A stretch of 63,941 bases of DNA, counting the filler, from Phoronis australis (Eukaryota > Animalia > Phoronida), in the NCBI GenBank assembly GCA_002633005.1. It is 6 parts of 6 records of this genome, joined end to end, with 100 filler letters (N's around TTAATTAATTAA, not from the genome) between each part and the next. Parts side by side here need not be neighbours in the genome. Positions count along the whole stretch, not along the records: positions 1 to 19,600 come from NMRA01001038.1; 5 more parts are not named here. The stretch is one strand, 5' to 3'. Positions 1 through 13,000 of this stretch are shown piece by piece. The notes beneath the pieces were generated by a model that made no database searches, was not told where the DNA came from, and saw only the letters and a list, made by a program, of their open reading frames with translations. Position 1 is the first letter of the stretch, and each line of letters opens with the position of its first letter. Position numbers and translations under genes: made by a program.

Positions 1-760
1 ATGCCGATAGCAAAGTTTTCGTCAACTGAAGAAGAACAGAAACCATAGACATCACGCGCGCTCCGACTACGGTTCTGACACTTCAAACTTTTGTCAACAC
101 GATAGGTATATATCCGCAGAAAGTTCGATGTTGACCTCAGTTCTAATCTTCTCTGCAATCTACAGTCTGGGGACGAAAACAATTCAATCCGCTCCTGGAA
201 ATAGGGCTTGCTTAGCTGGAATTAAGAACTGCGGCCATGAGAGTGTTTTCACCTCCTGATTGCGAAGCGATCGAGTTAGCTGTGGTATCTTCATCAGCGC
301 GTTCTCTCAGCGGGAGGTCACCGCTTTATCCACTCAAGCGCTCGACAACAACTAAACTGACGAGAGAGTCAGAACTCCCACATGTAAATTTGATATGCAA
401 ATGAGGGAGTACTTGACTACTGCGCCATCTATACATCGACTGAAAAGCTTAAATACCCGTGACTGCGTGTGGGAAGTTGCGATTGCGTGCGCTTAAGTCG
501 ATATTTTCAAAGTACAATTACACCACTGTTTAAGTTTGCAAAGTGAGTTTTTTGATATCCTTCTATAGAAAAAGCTTTAATCTCTCTGATAAAATCATCT
601 GTTTCCTTTTAAACGAAACTTAAGTCCTGAAATTAGTCCGGGGAAGGAGGCCAAAAACGGCGGTTTAGCTAGTTGTCCCTTCCTGGTTATCTCTTCCTGG
701 TACAATGCATGAGCCTAGGTGTCGTAACACTCGATCTGGGCCGGTGTCGAGGGCCTGGCA

Positions 761-1030
761 TCACTTGCCCCAGAATGGACGCAGTTTGCAAATACACTTA
801 CAACTTGTCTTACGTCGTAACGCCGCTTTAGTTTGTGTTTGGTCAAAACACGATTCCTTGAAATGTGCCGAACAAAGTGTAACTCCCGACTGAATCGCGC
901 GTTCCACAGTGACGTTCAAAACTCTCATGCAGCGCACAAACAGCAACTTTCACTTATTTAGGAATTTTGAACAGAAATGTTGTTTAGTCAAGTTGCTGTT
1001 ACTACACCCTCCACAAACGCACCTGTCCAT
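761..1030 (-). pseudogene. Frameshifted THAP zinc-finger relic (DNA-transposon remnant)
   Basis: Minus strand from the ATG at 1030 reads MDRCVCGGCSNSNLTKQHFCSKFLNK*. Another frame continues ...ERAIQSGVTLCSAHFKESCF. Together these give the THAP CxxxxC and CSxHF signatures. Confidence 0.65.
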
Positions 1031-1266
1031 GTCTGAAAAAGTCCGCTCTCTGAGGACTTTCCTCACAACTCGTCACTATCGTACTGGTAAAAACAACAAC
1101 GTCGGAGCCGGTCTTCCACCCATTACTTACATTCCCGATAACAGATTTTATAAAAACAATTTTGGCTTGTTTCTTCAGGCCCGTAGCAAGGGGGGTTAGG
1201 GGGTTCGATCGAAACCCCCCGCGAAAAAGATCCCGCCCCAGCATATTCATTACGGATAGGATATAT

Positions 1267-1510
1267 CAGAGGCGGATCTACAGGGGGGTTCAGGGGGTTT
1301 AAACCCCCACCCCCCTCGGGACAGGATCAAAAATAAAAACTGGAAAAAAAAATCGCCAGAAAAACGAAATTAGCTACTAAAAATCCCAAAAAATCTTACA
1401 CGGGAGGAGGGAAACCCTCTCGCAACCTTCCTTCTCCTCGGCGCTACGCGCCTCGGATTCTCTCGAAACCTAACCCCCCCCCCCTTACTGAAATCGTAGG
1501 TCTGCCACTG
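1267..1510. mobile_element. Short non-autonomous TIR element (CAGTGGCGGATCTA-type MITE)
   Basis: Ends CAGAGGCGGATCTAC (1267) and GTAGGTCTGCCACTG (ends 1510) are inverted at 12/15, with subterminal G/C runs. No clean TSD. Confidence 0.5.
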
Positions 1511-2449
1511 CATATATACATGTATGAAGAAAATTTGTTGCAGTTGTTGAAGGTATTACTAACTACAATAATAATCAAGTTGGTACTTGCTTCGATTTTG
1601 CTTCTTATTCAAAGCGCTTTACGTAATTACTTCGGGCCGTATGCGAAACTTAGCCAAGTGGCCAGATGTGTTTGCGCGGATGACAAGATCGTGCAGACGA
1701 TTAGAGGACACTTTATGTTATTTTACCGACCACCACGTACGATGAACGTGCGTGGTGACTACATCATAGGGTAACAAGGAACTAGAAGTAAATGTCTATA
1801 CCTATACAGCATCGAGAGCTCCTAAAAAGATATGTGAATGGCTTAAAATTGATCAATCAACAAGTAGCAGAATTAACTTAAGTTTGTTATCTGTTATTTC
1901 TGTCTTGTGGCCTGCATAGCGAAGAGCAGGCTTTTTGAATTTCGAATATAAAGTGATTGTCAAATATTTTGTTTATCCAATGCACGATTTGGTTGTGGAT
2001 TGGTGGATAATACGCACGTGTTGTGTGCGTTTTCATTTTTTTTTAATTCAGTACACGTACATGTAAGTACAATAGGCAGTCCTCTGTCGTCGCTCAAAAA
2101 GCAGATATTTCACTACCGTGTGTTCTTGTACTAAGAAAATCCCGCCGACTAGCCCGTTCACATTATTTGGAAAATTTAGGCTTAGACCTAATAAAAACCT
2201 TTGGTCAATGAAAAAGCCTCCTCGTTAAAACTGTTGTCAATGACGCACGACCTCGCCGACTTCATACGAGCAGCAAACTTGTTGGAAGAGATTTGCAAGG
2301 TTACATGTCACCGAAGGTTCATTGCTCTGAAGGTCCACTGTTCCGAATGTTCACTATTCTGACAGTTTATTACTCTGAATGTCTGCTAATGGGGCAGAAA
2401 TGACACGCATAAAACGTTTTATTTGTGTCCATTTATTAACCATTTAAAG

Positions 2450-2525
2450 CATGTGCGGCGCACCATAGGTGGTTCGGGTGAGGGGGGCTATATCCTCCAC
2501 TTTTTTCAGTGCTGCACCGCCCATG
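2450..2525. repeat. ~50-76 bp mini-TIR element (CATGGGCGGCGCA...TGCGCCGCCCATG family)
   Basis: Related copies at 2856-2905, 2909-2960, 23328-23401 (inverted), 44671-44737 and 44742-44808. Confidence 0.65.
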
Positions 2526-3504
2526 TACATGTAAAGGGTGTGCAAAAGTTGAATAGTTCTTAAAACATTGATTGCATTGTGGAAATGTGCTCAGTTCAAA
2601 TCATCAACAATTATGATTCTTGAATCTAAAATGATTCATGCTCAAACATGGACATCTGGGGCACGGGAACATTTTATTTTCACTCTGTGGCGACAAATGG
2701 ACGGTTATAGTTACTAGGATGGGACTCTCTGACTTGGTGCAGACTTGCACGGGTAGGGTAGTCTACTGCATTTAGTTTCGACCCGGTCATACGCGTAGCT
2801 CTGGTGCGGTGGGTGAAGAAGCGGATTAAACTTTTCAGTCTCGCTGTGAAATGATCATGGGCGGTGCCCGGTCACCCCACTTACTTCAGTGCTGCGCCGC
2901 CCATGGTCCATGGACAGCTGGGCCTATAAACCCCCTTAATTCAGTCCTGCGCGGCACATGAGATGGGATCTTGACATGGATTTGTAAATGCATCGTAGTT
3001 GACAATTCATCAATATTCCTACTTCATATTCTTTTAAATATGCAATTACGTATTATTTTTTTCGTATTCATAACACATGCTGTGTAGCCAAATATTGCAT
3101 GCGCAAGAAACCCAAATATTGTATATTAGTACCTGGGCGTTGTTTTCGGTATGAGTGCACCGGCCATCGCGTCCAATAACCGAAATATCGTCCATTTTGC
3201 ATATGGAAGTATAAAAATTACACCTGAGACCGAAATTTCGTATATTTTCGGAATTGCGAACCTTCAGAAAAATGAACTTTCGGAGTAGTGGGCTGATCCC
3301 ATTTCCAACGCCTTGAGTAACTTAAGCAACACGGCGCAGAACTACAGTACGTGTACCTGTACACCCTGACTAAAATTTCGCCAAGTCATTTTCCGACTGA
3401 ATAATTATTTCCTTCCAATCATGGAGTTTAAGCACTCCTTTAAGCACGCATGGCTCGAAAGTTCGGCAGAGGGTAACGCTCAGTAATCCAGAAAGACGAG
3501 TATC

Positions 3505-3625
3505 CGTCATAGCATCCTCGTTTGTAGGATATGCCGACATGGCATCCTCGTTTGTAGGATATGCCGTCATGGCATCCTCGTTTGTAGGATATGCCGTCAT
3601 GGCATCCTCGTGTGTAGGATATGCC
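3505..3625. repeat. Minisatellite, 30-bp unit ATGCCGTCATGGCATCCTCGTTTGTAGGAT, ~4 copies
   Basis: Tandem copies read directly; they generate the repetitive ORF 3370-3600. Confidence 0.9.
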
Positions 3626-5883
3626 TACGAATTCCGTCTCATCTCAGCAAAAGAGAGCTGAGAGTCATTGTCGTGTAAACGGATTTCCCTTCCGCCGAGT
3701 TAAGCTGCGGAAGGACGCTACAGAAAAATCTACAGTGCCAGCGTTTGCGAAAGATAATCAAAAGGTCCACCGTACTCTTCCTGTTAAACACATGACCAAT
3801 CGATATGTAATTCAAATGTATACAAAAAGTGTGTCTCATTAATAGCTCAAGAAATAGTGTTTTTGTGGAAATTGGAAGGAAGGTGGCGCTATTGTGGTCG
3901 TTTCTCAATTTTTCATTTTACGTTGTCGTATATCTTGCTCGACAGATTTTTCAGAGTGTTGGTACATGTAAATTGATAGATCTCGTGAAAACCTACTTCT
4001 ACGTGCAATCCAGCTTTCGCTAAGACATAATACTCTCTAGTTATTCAAGAGTTTCAATGAATTCTCTCTAATTTCTGAATTTTGTGCCGAATCTAGCGCA
4101 TTCTTAATCATGTGTTATTGAACTTTCACTATGTCATGAATAAATGTCGCCAATTAAAGCGCTATACGCTGTATCTATGCGTTTTCCCGTTCTTTCTTAC
4201 TATTCTCGAGCTACATGTACTCCAGATTGGTTAGATTGCTTCTTTCGCTTTCTATTTTTATGTTTCACTGTTTTGGTCTATCACGAAATTAAAATTTAAC
4301 TGGAGGTCGTGGCACTAATTTTGTTTCCAAAGCGGTAGACCTTTCTTTTTTCGGCCTTAAGTCAGAAGCGTTTTCGGAATCCTCGGGATTTGGACGAAAT
4401 TTCCAAGAAGTTTTGCCCAGGTCATAAACCTGAGAGTCGTGTAGGGTTCTTTATATATATTACCAGGAGCTAGCGATTTGCTTACGTTTAAAAACTAAAA
4501 CCGTCTGTTATTTTACCGTTCGCCCTTTGTAAATTTCCAGTCTGTTAATGACTTTTACACTTGCGACGTCGTGTGAGCCGTTCCGACGGGATTAAACAAC
4601 CCGGGGGATCAAACTGAACTGCGTTTAGCTGTGTCAAACATGCAGGCTTAAATATATTATTTTCACATTGCATGAATCTCTCCTACTTCATTACAAACAT
4701 TGCCAATGTTCAGTGCATCATTTGTCGTGTGAAATGTCATCATTATTTATGAACAACAGATTCACAACTCCGACATTTTCTCGTACTATCCTATAGGAGG
4801 CGCCACTCTTCTAAATTACAATTTCAGTTTTCGGTTAGTGTAATGTGACAGGAAATCCTCACATCTATTTTTCTGTACAGTACAACGAAAAGAATATAAT
4901 TTCGCCATTGAAATCCCGTTCGAAGTCTTCCAATAATAGAACTGTTGGTATCGCTAGTACTTATGGCACCCGACCACACAACAACCGACCATGATTAGCA
5001 GACGACGTACTTGCCGGAAGTGGAACTTTTGCCAGGCGTCGCTAGTGAATAATGACGTCACGGCCTATGTCACATATTTTGTCCATTGAAATATACGGAG
5101 ATGGCGGTACATGTACTGTAGTCTATGGTGTCATTGAGACTTCATATGACTGGGTTTTCGTTTCAACGAGTAAAGAGTGCGGACCACGCTGCTTAGGACG
5201 AGTTTGTGATCTATTTATAAATCATCCCATACCTAGTCAGCTCACTAAATGTCAGTGGTAGATTCAAGGGCAGTGACCAAGGGGGCCAAGGGGGCCATGG
5301 CCCCCTAATATTCTCCCTGAGTCCATTTGGCAGTTGGGGGTTGCAAATGTGTGACGGGCAAAATTATGGCTAGTACTCTACCCTGCTCCCTCTTGACTCA
5401 AAATCCTGGATACTCTCCTGAATGTCCCAAGTGTAAAAAGTTATCGAGTGTGCAGTTCAGTGATTCAGAATCCAGCTTTGAAATGTGTGACCTGAAGGCG
5501 ATATTGGACTCCAAAAATGAGATTTAAACTAGGGCTTGGAGAGTTGTGCTTCACAAATCTTTAAGAAAAAATGTGTTTATTTTTGTAAGCGCGAAGAATG
5601 GTTTCATCATTTAAGAATGTCTTGTGCTCAGATGCACCTTTTACGGACAGCAGAATTTGATGTCTGCGCAACCCATGGAGTAAATTTGTGGGGTACGAGT
5701 CGGTCAATTCAGAATGTGTCGAGCAGACGTTTGTCTGTTCGGTATGCTAACACTGATTTTGAATACATGTAGATGCTACCTGTTTACTCACATAAATTGA
5801 ACTCCTGGCTGCTATGACGTTAGTTCTATAGATCACGAATCGACGTTTACTAGCGGTGCCGCTTTTGATGACTGCTAACCAGC

Positions 5884-6091
5884 AATCCCTTGTGTGTAAG
5901 ACGTAGCTCCCATCACACAATCTCTTGTGTGTAAGACTACTCCCACAATCCCTTGTGTGTAAGACATCTCCCACTACACAATCCCTTGTGTGTAAGACGT
6001 CTCCCACAATCCCTTGTGTGTAAGACGTTTTCCACAATCTCTTGTATGTAAGACGTCTCCCACAATCCCTTGTGTGTAAGACGTCTCCCAC
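5884..6091. repeat. Minisatellite, ~27-33 bp unit CACAATCCCTTGTGTGTAAGACGTCTCC, ~7 copies
   Basis: Tandem copies read directly; the array ends at the left TSD of the Academ element. Confidence 0.9.
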
Positions 6092-6094
6092 TAT

Positions 6095-9000
6095 TAGTCG
6101 GTGGGCCAGAATTTGTAGGGCCTCTAGAAATTGGTTTTTGTGAGTACTTTAGGGAGGCAATTTTAATTTGGTGTTTTTTAATTCATTTACTATAGTATTT
6201 TCAAAATCTAAAAAGTTCCCACATATAAAGTTGCACATTTTTGAGAAATTTGAGTTTGAAGTTACCTAATAATCACCAAAGAGCTTAGTAAATTTATATT
6301 TGTAAAAACGACAGTTTTGGTGACTTTTTTTGTAAAACAAGTAATATGGTCCCATCAGTGCTATTGTATTGAACAAAATTACACTCACACTACATATTTT
6401 ACTATTGTAGAGTAATTGTAAACAGTGAAATTTAAAAAATTTAAAGAGACACCTAGTGGCGAAAATGCAAAATACTAGGAAGTTATTCTGGCATTGTCAG
6501 GCAACAAAAATAACACAAAACACTTGAGACTGGGCAGAATTTGTGCCTCAATGACTAAAACATTGACTAATGGTGTAAAATACAGCTTGTTTGCATAATA
6601 CACCAGAAATACGTTATAGTACAAAAACAATATAGTTGAATGATCTCTGTGAATGTGCACACAGACTGACTGAAAATAATAGATTGTTCTGACAGCGTTT
6701 ATCAAGCAGTATGAGATAAATACATGACAATGATCAAAGTATGTACTTTCTATGACTTATTCAATAAATAAAATTAACTTTTCAATACAAAAAACCGTAA
6801 ATAACGGGGTTGGAGGTCTATTTAGGGTTGACTTGTCAAAGAACTAACCAATGTTATGCAGTCAGTGTTGCTGATGTTACTACAGTTGTTACAGCTGCAC
6901 ATTTCTGTACAGTTTGACCCAGCATTGCAGCACAAACTCAGTTTCGCAGCACACATATTCTTTTTGCACTTGCAGCGTTCATCGTTTAGTACTGTCAATG
7001 GAGATGCGGACATTGCTTTACATTTTAACTACAAAGCTCCACCGCCAAGGAGCCAACTATGGTCGATTAGAGAGGGTACAGCACCGCACACTGGTGATTG
7101 GCTCGCAGGCAATGAAGGGTCAAACACTAAGTCCTTGTTTGGAGGCGGGCAGGATTTGGGCAAACGTTTGATTCAAAATATGTTATAATGGGCTGTGTTT
7201 ATTAGAGTCAGCAAGTGAATTATTGAACACTTAGCCTCAATTCACTTTCGTATCTCTTAGTCGGGTACAAACTACAACAGTGAGTAGCTTCAACAATATT
7301 TCTTAAGATTGCCTGTCCAAATAACTTCATGCACACCAGCTTTCTGAAGAACAGCTTCAAAATCTTGCTTTAGTTCTGAAAGGCAACTGACATATCCGTG
7401 TGTTAGAAGCTTTGATTCAATGAACTCCAAACAAAACTGTAGAAAAACATCTCTGAAAACTGTGGATTCTTCACTCTTCACAATTGTTGTCTTTCTATTT
7501 TTATACCATGATGATCTGTGGTACTTGGCTTCTAAGACACAAGGCCTTTATACCTGAATTTCATTTGCATATTCAGGGCTCTGGACTGAGCTGTCGCTTG
7601 CGATACAAGTCCAACTGAAAAAAACCCGAACTATTAACACTAATTTAACATTCAACTATGAGTGAGTTGGCATGCAACTTTTTCAGACGGGCGTATCAGG
7701 AACTGATCCACCACCAGCATAACAAATTTACATGCCGTCTGATCTGTAGCCTAATAATGTTGATCGTCAAATAATTAGATTAGTTGATGCAACTGAAAAT
7801 AAATCAGCTGATATACCAGTGCAATGGTTGAAATTTATTTTTTTAAAATCAGATGCTCAAACCATAGTCAATTGATTTACACTTAAGGTAATCGGCATTT
7901 GACGAAATGGACAGTGGTTTCCATCGTCTTCAAATTACGACGGCGACGATGGCCACTTAGGCACTCTAATTTAATTATCATTGCAGCTACCTAAGTAATT
8001 AATTTTTACAAAAAAATTGAGAAGAGGTTCCCCCTATCCCAGGACTACGGCAGGGGATGACGGCCACTTGGGCATGTTGTTTGCAACCATCTACTCCATT
8101 TAACCTTCTCAAAAATTTTTGACTTAAAGTGATTTAAAATCACACCCACAGTATAACGCCATATGATTATCCCTTAGCGCAAGCAGTGTCGATGTGGCAA
8201 CTGAACAATGGAGTGTTCGAAAAACAGGATTGCAGAAGTATTTGTTTAAATTGGGAACAAATGAAAACATTACCGACCTCCTCAGAGGCATCTCTCTACG
8301 CTGTACTTCTAAACTTATAGGAACATAATTTGCTGAAAAGCATCCGGCATATGGAGTACCTATGGTATGATTACCGTCTCTACTGGGTCAGCGGTATTGT
8401 TTAAGGCTTAGGCAGCCAAGGAGCTGAACAAGTTAAAAAAACAACTGGTGATAATACTGAAACACACATGGAAAACAACAAGATATACCTTTCAAAAACA
8501 CGTACCTGCTTTACAAAGCTATACTTCTTTCTCTTTCTTGAAATATGGTCCATAATATACTTTTCCTGCTAACAAATGATGCACTCATGTTTCAGAATGT
8601 TCCTGTTATTCAGGTTAATTGGGATTTTGGAAGCATAATTGATTTACTTGGGAAATCTTGGATAACATCTGTATCACTTTCAGCAACTTCAGCTTTAGTA
8701 CTACTGTTGGTGCCTTGAAACGTTGCTATGCCGTTCTATGTCCTTTCAATTTCTTGGTCTGACACTTGGTCTTCTAGTCTACAGCACTCAGCAGTATACT
8801 TTGTAGGCTATACCAGGACATGCAGCTGTTTTCTGCACAAACGTTTGTGACACCTATTCTTCTTTTTGATCTACTGATCTTCAGAGTTCCACAGTCCATC
8901 AGAGTTCGTCAGGAAGCTTTCCTAAGCTTCTTTAGGCTCTGGCATCACAATTTTGTGCTGTTTGATAAACCTTGAATTATACAGGCATCACACTCCATGG

Positions 9001-9269
9001 GAGCAGCCATATTGAAGTAACTAAGCACAACAATGCAATCTGGCGCTCTGATTGGTCAATTCAATAGAAAAGCGCCACCAAGTGGCAGGAATGTGCATAA
9101 TATTTTGTGCAACAAAAACACCTTTTTAAAAAAAAAATGTGCAAGTGTAGACGTGGGAACTTTTTTGAATTTGATTTATAGGTATATTATCTAGCCACAT
9201 AGAAAAAACTAGGTTGCCCCCCAAAAATACTCACAAGGATGAACGCTATGAGATCTGGCCCACCGACTA
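6095..9269 (-). mobile_element. Decayed Academ-superfamily DNA transposon
   Basis: Perfect 16-bp TIRs TAGTCGGTGGGCCAGA (6095-6110 / 9254-9269), TAG...CTA termini, and a 3-bp TSD TAT (6092-6094 / 9270-9272). Imperfect subterminal inverted blocks (e.g. ~6213-6241 vs ~9135-9163). Minus-strand coding relics: EAKYHRS (~7510-7535), ORF 7290-7481, and the Cys cluster CKCKKNMC...CC...CTEMCSCNNCSN (6822-7013). Confidence 0.8.
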
Positions 9270-10050
9270 TATCTTTAAAAACAATAAATAAAATGTTGCT
9301 CGCGTAGTTGATTTACATGTAGCAATGAAACATTGCTTTGCACGTAAACGTATAAATACTCTTTCAGCCAGCGGTCAAAGTGAACCTGAGTTGATTGGTA
9401 AGATTATCTTTTATATTGCCGTTGATTCGTTTAGCAGCTGTTATAGCAGTCCCAATTTGCCGTATCCAGTGGCCGGTTGCATGAAACAATCCCAAATTGG
9501 GCTCTCCAAATCCACTGCGTATTTTTGGGCTTAGGAAAAACACTACACGCTGTTGAGGTGAATAAAGGTTTCTAGGAGTAACTAAGCCATTAAAAGTTAG
9601 AATTTCAACCTCACGTGGCTTTTTTCGTATTGCCCACTCACTGTCGCTACAACCTCCGAGAAATTCCATTTGGACAGCTTTCAGTAGCGTAATATTCACT
9701 CCCCCATGTCGCCACAAGTTTCCGGCAAGTTACCTGTTGCCCCTACCCGCTTGCTAAGATTACTGAGAAAAAAAAAGATTACTGAGAGACCCCGAGACAA
9801 AGCTCCTATTTTGTCCACCTTCCTGAACTGTGACTTTTTAGCTCAGCGGATTATTCCCCCTCCTCGTCGTAACAGATGTTTAGTAGTACAATACTTGTAA
9901 GATTACTTATTAACAATCTGACACGGTTTGTCTGCGTTAGCATAAATGAGTACATACAGAACGGTTTTACACAACTGCAGTTACACATGCGAATGGGAGG
10001 TTGACAAATATAGACTCGAAGTCACTAAACTGTTTTTTTTTTTGTTGTAG

Positions 10051-13000
10051 ATATTGAAGTCGAGAACGTTAAGATTCCTTCACCTCTTGGTGAAACGCCT
10101 CATCTCATTAAAAGCAACACGACGAGGATATACTTCGACATACGCCTGAAGACTGATAAAAGAATTGTTTCCGTCAACAGCTTGCGTCCGTTTCTTTCAC
10201 TTAATTTTTCTGTCAGGAACACAATAGGTGGTAACGATTTACCGGTTAACATAATCGAATACGATTTCACGAGAAATCCTTCCGGGTCAAACGTGCAGGG
10301 ATTTGTTCTGTTAAATTATGGTGCGAGTTGCAGTGGAAACCATTTATTATGCATAAACGTAACTTTGATCACAAACCAGTTACATAAAGAAACAAAGATT
10401 GACAACAACGATGGGTGCGCTTCGACGAAGTTGGAGTGCAACAAAGTCGTGGCAGGTATGTTTGTAAAGTCCATAGGTCATGTTATAATCATTAGAACTG
10501 TTATGTAGAAGGCTTCCAGTTAGTAGCTTCTTAGTAAGTTGTTTGGCACTATGTTTCTTGTCTGATCAATAACTTTATTTGACTAAGCACGGTGTTTTTC
10601 TATTCAAATACATGTACGCAGGCGTCGCATTAATATGCCTACCATAGACATCACGCAGACCGGGGGCGCGCCACTCGAATAGACCTAATTCACGCGGAGG
10701 ACATTAAAATCCAAAGCGAGGTTCACTGCGATAAATGGCTGGTCTTCCCAGTCCAACCTGGATATTAAATCTTAAAAATGTGTCGATAATTAACCACAGA
10801 GATCTACAAAAATATATTAGAGAACAATTTAATGTGCCAAAGAGTTGTCTGACGAAAGAGTATAAGTTTTTTCTGGAAAACTAGATTCGAACCATGAAAA
10901 GTAAATATTACCGAACTGTGGCGATCGTAGTTTTACGGTTTAGATCATTATGTTGAATTCAGGGTTACGTTTCTTCTTGTAAATTTTTGATAAACATGCT
11001 TTCTACACTAACCAGGTCATCTTCTTGTATTGTTGACGAGTTGACGATATATTCAACAGTGGTGGCTCATCGCATGTTGCTGTCATGTGCAATTAGTCTC
11101 ATCAGGTTCAATTTGTTGATCAAGAATACTGACATCAAGCATAGCTTAGGTCCTAGTGAGGTAGGGGCTACCGGGACTAACAGTTGATTTGTTATTGATC
11201 CGAAAGAAAAACTGGTGTTGTCTATTTCATGAGTTAGGTTTCAAATACCAATCTAAACCAAGTTGGATTTTAAAATTAAAACACCTAATTCGTTCGTCAA
11301 AGAATAACCTTGTTTTAGAGCTCAATTTCGATTAACTGGACAGAGCAAGCGTAGTTGTCATGTTTCTTCAGGGGCCTCGTTCATCCGAGGGGAAAGTTTC
11401 CTGTGCCTTCTGAGAGGGGAGTGAGGGAAAAATCTACCTCCCGATCATCATCAATAGCACTCCCGCCCTGTTGCAAGCTTTCATACGCTCTGTTTCAAGT
11501 AGCATTTTGTGCTCTTTCAAAGTTTTTCACCTGTGTTGTTACATGTGATTTGAACTTGGAAGACAACCTTTCAGTCACTAGGGGAACTTCTTAGGCCTCG
11601 GGGAGGGGGGAATTTTGGGGGATTTTTCAATACTTTTGAGAGGGGAATAGTGCCGATATTCGGCACCAAAATCGAGGGATTGATGGCCCTGTCCTTTTGG
11701 AAAGAAAAATGCATCATGTTTCAACCTGTAGTCATGAAAATGCAGCCTGGCTTGCCGAAGATTCTCCGGTCGTTGCTGTGATGCTCGGCAAACGAGATGC
11801 GACAAAATATAATTTATGCCTTTTCGAAAACATTTATAAATTTTACTCGGACACATTTTCCTTCGTCGCAGTGTATGGCAACGACCCAACGCTAAATCTC
11901 AACGTCTTTAGGGATTGTAAAACAGACAGTTAAGTGTCCGTATTTTTTCTAGCTGTTCGAGCAACGCGTAATACAACCAGTATGCCGATAAGCCAACAGA
12001 GCTATCGTATCGAGCCTCGTTTTGGAACGCGCCTCCTGTCGGCGTGAATTAGGTCTATACATGAGGCTTGCGATGTCAATGATATGACGCCATATTGGAA
12101 AATGTAACACAAGACAAACGTGGCGGAAAACACCGAGAGACCTACTGTAGCATTCAGGAAATCCGGAGCTCGCAGTGTTATGCCTGCAGCCAAAGAGTTG
12201 TGTTTCTTGGTCCTGCCACTGAGTCATGGATTTTTTTGGTTCGGTCATGGAGTTTAGGGGTGCTGCCACTATGTTTTTAGGTTCTGCCACCATAATTTAA
12301 GCCGAGGGAGAATGCGTTGTTTCCACATCACTCTTGGTGATTGAGACCAATTAAAAAGTGAGCAACATACGCTGTTATTCAATGATAATGTTGTTCATTT
12401 ACTGTACTTGAGTAAATATTTGGTATTAATGACAATCGTACGTGTTTTACTAGTACTGAATAACAACATCTGCATTCCCGAACCTACCCGACAGCCATCC
12501 AAATCAGTACATCTAGGTGAATAATGTATTCTTTATTGAAATACATACTGCTTTAAAAAGCCATTTCTTAGTATGTATTCAAAAATCAGATCTTTTTCTG
12601 TTGTATTAAAACAAACAAATCCAAAATCTGTACTTATGTCAAAGTTGACAATGGAAATTTTGTAGGTTTGCACTGTTTCTTAACGAGCTCTTCGTTTTGT
12701 GACTCAAAATTTGCACAAAAAGTAGTTTAAAGCTCTGTACTGAAAAGGCGTATACCTGGGGCACCGAAAAATTAGGTACCACTCGCGTGAGCGGCACGCC
12801 TCTGTATGCATATAGGTTATCCCACATATATAGGAATACTACTGCTATATCCTATAGGGAATTCCTTACATCTGGGAATGTCCCATGGAAACCTTCGGTT
12901 AAGCGTCAAGACAATCTGTAAAGAGTTGAATAACTAGTAAAGTTTTATTTCATAATAAATTGGTCAGAATTTTCAGTTTGTGAAATATACAAGTTAAAGC

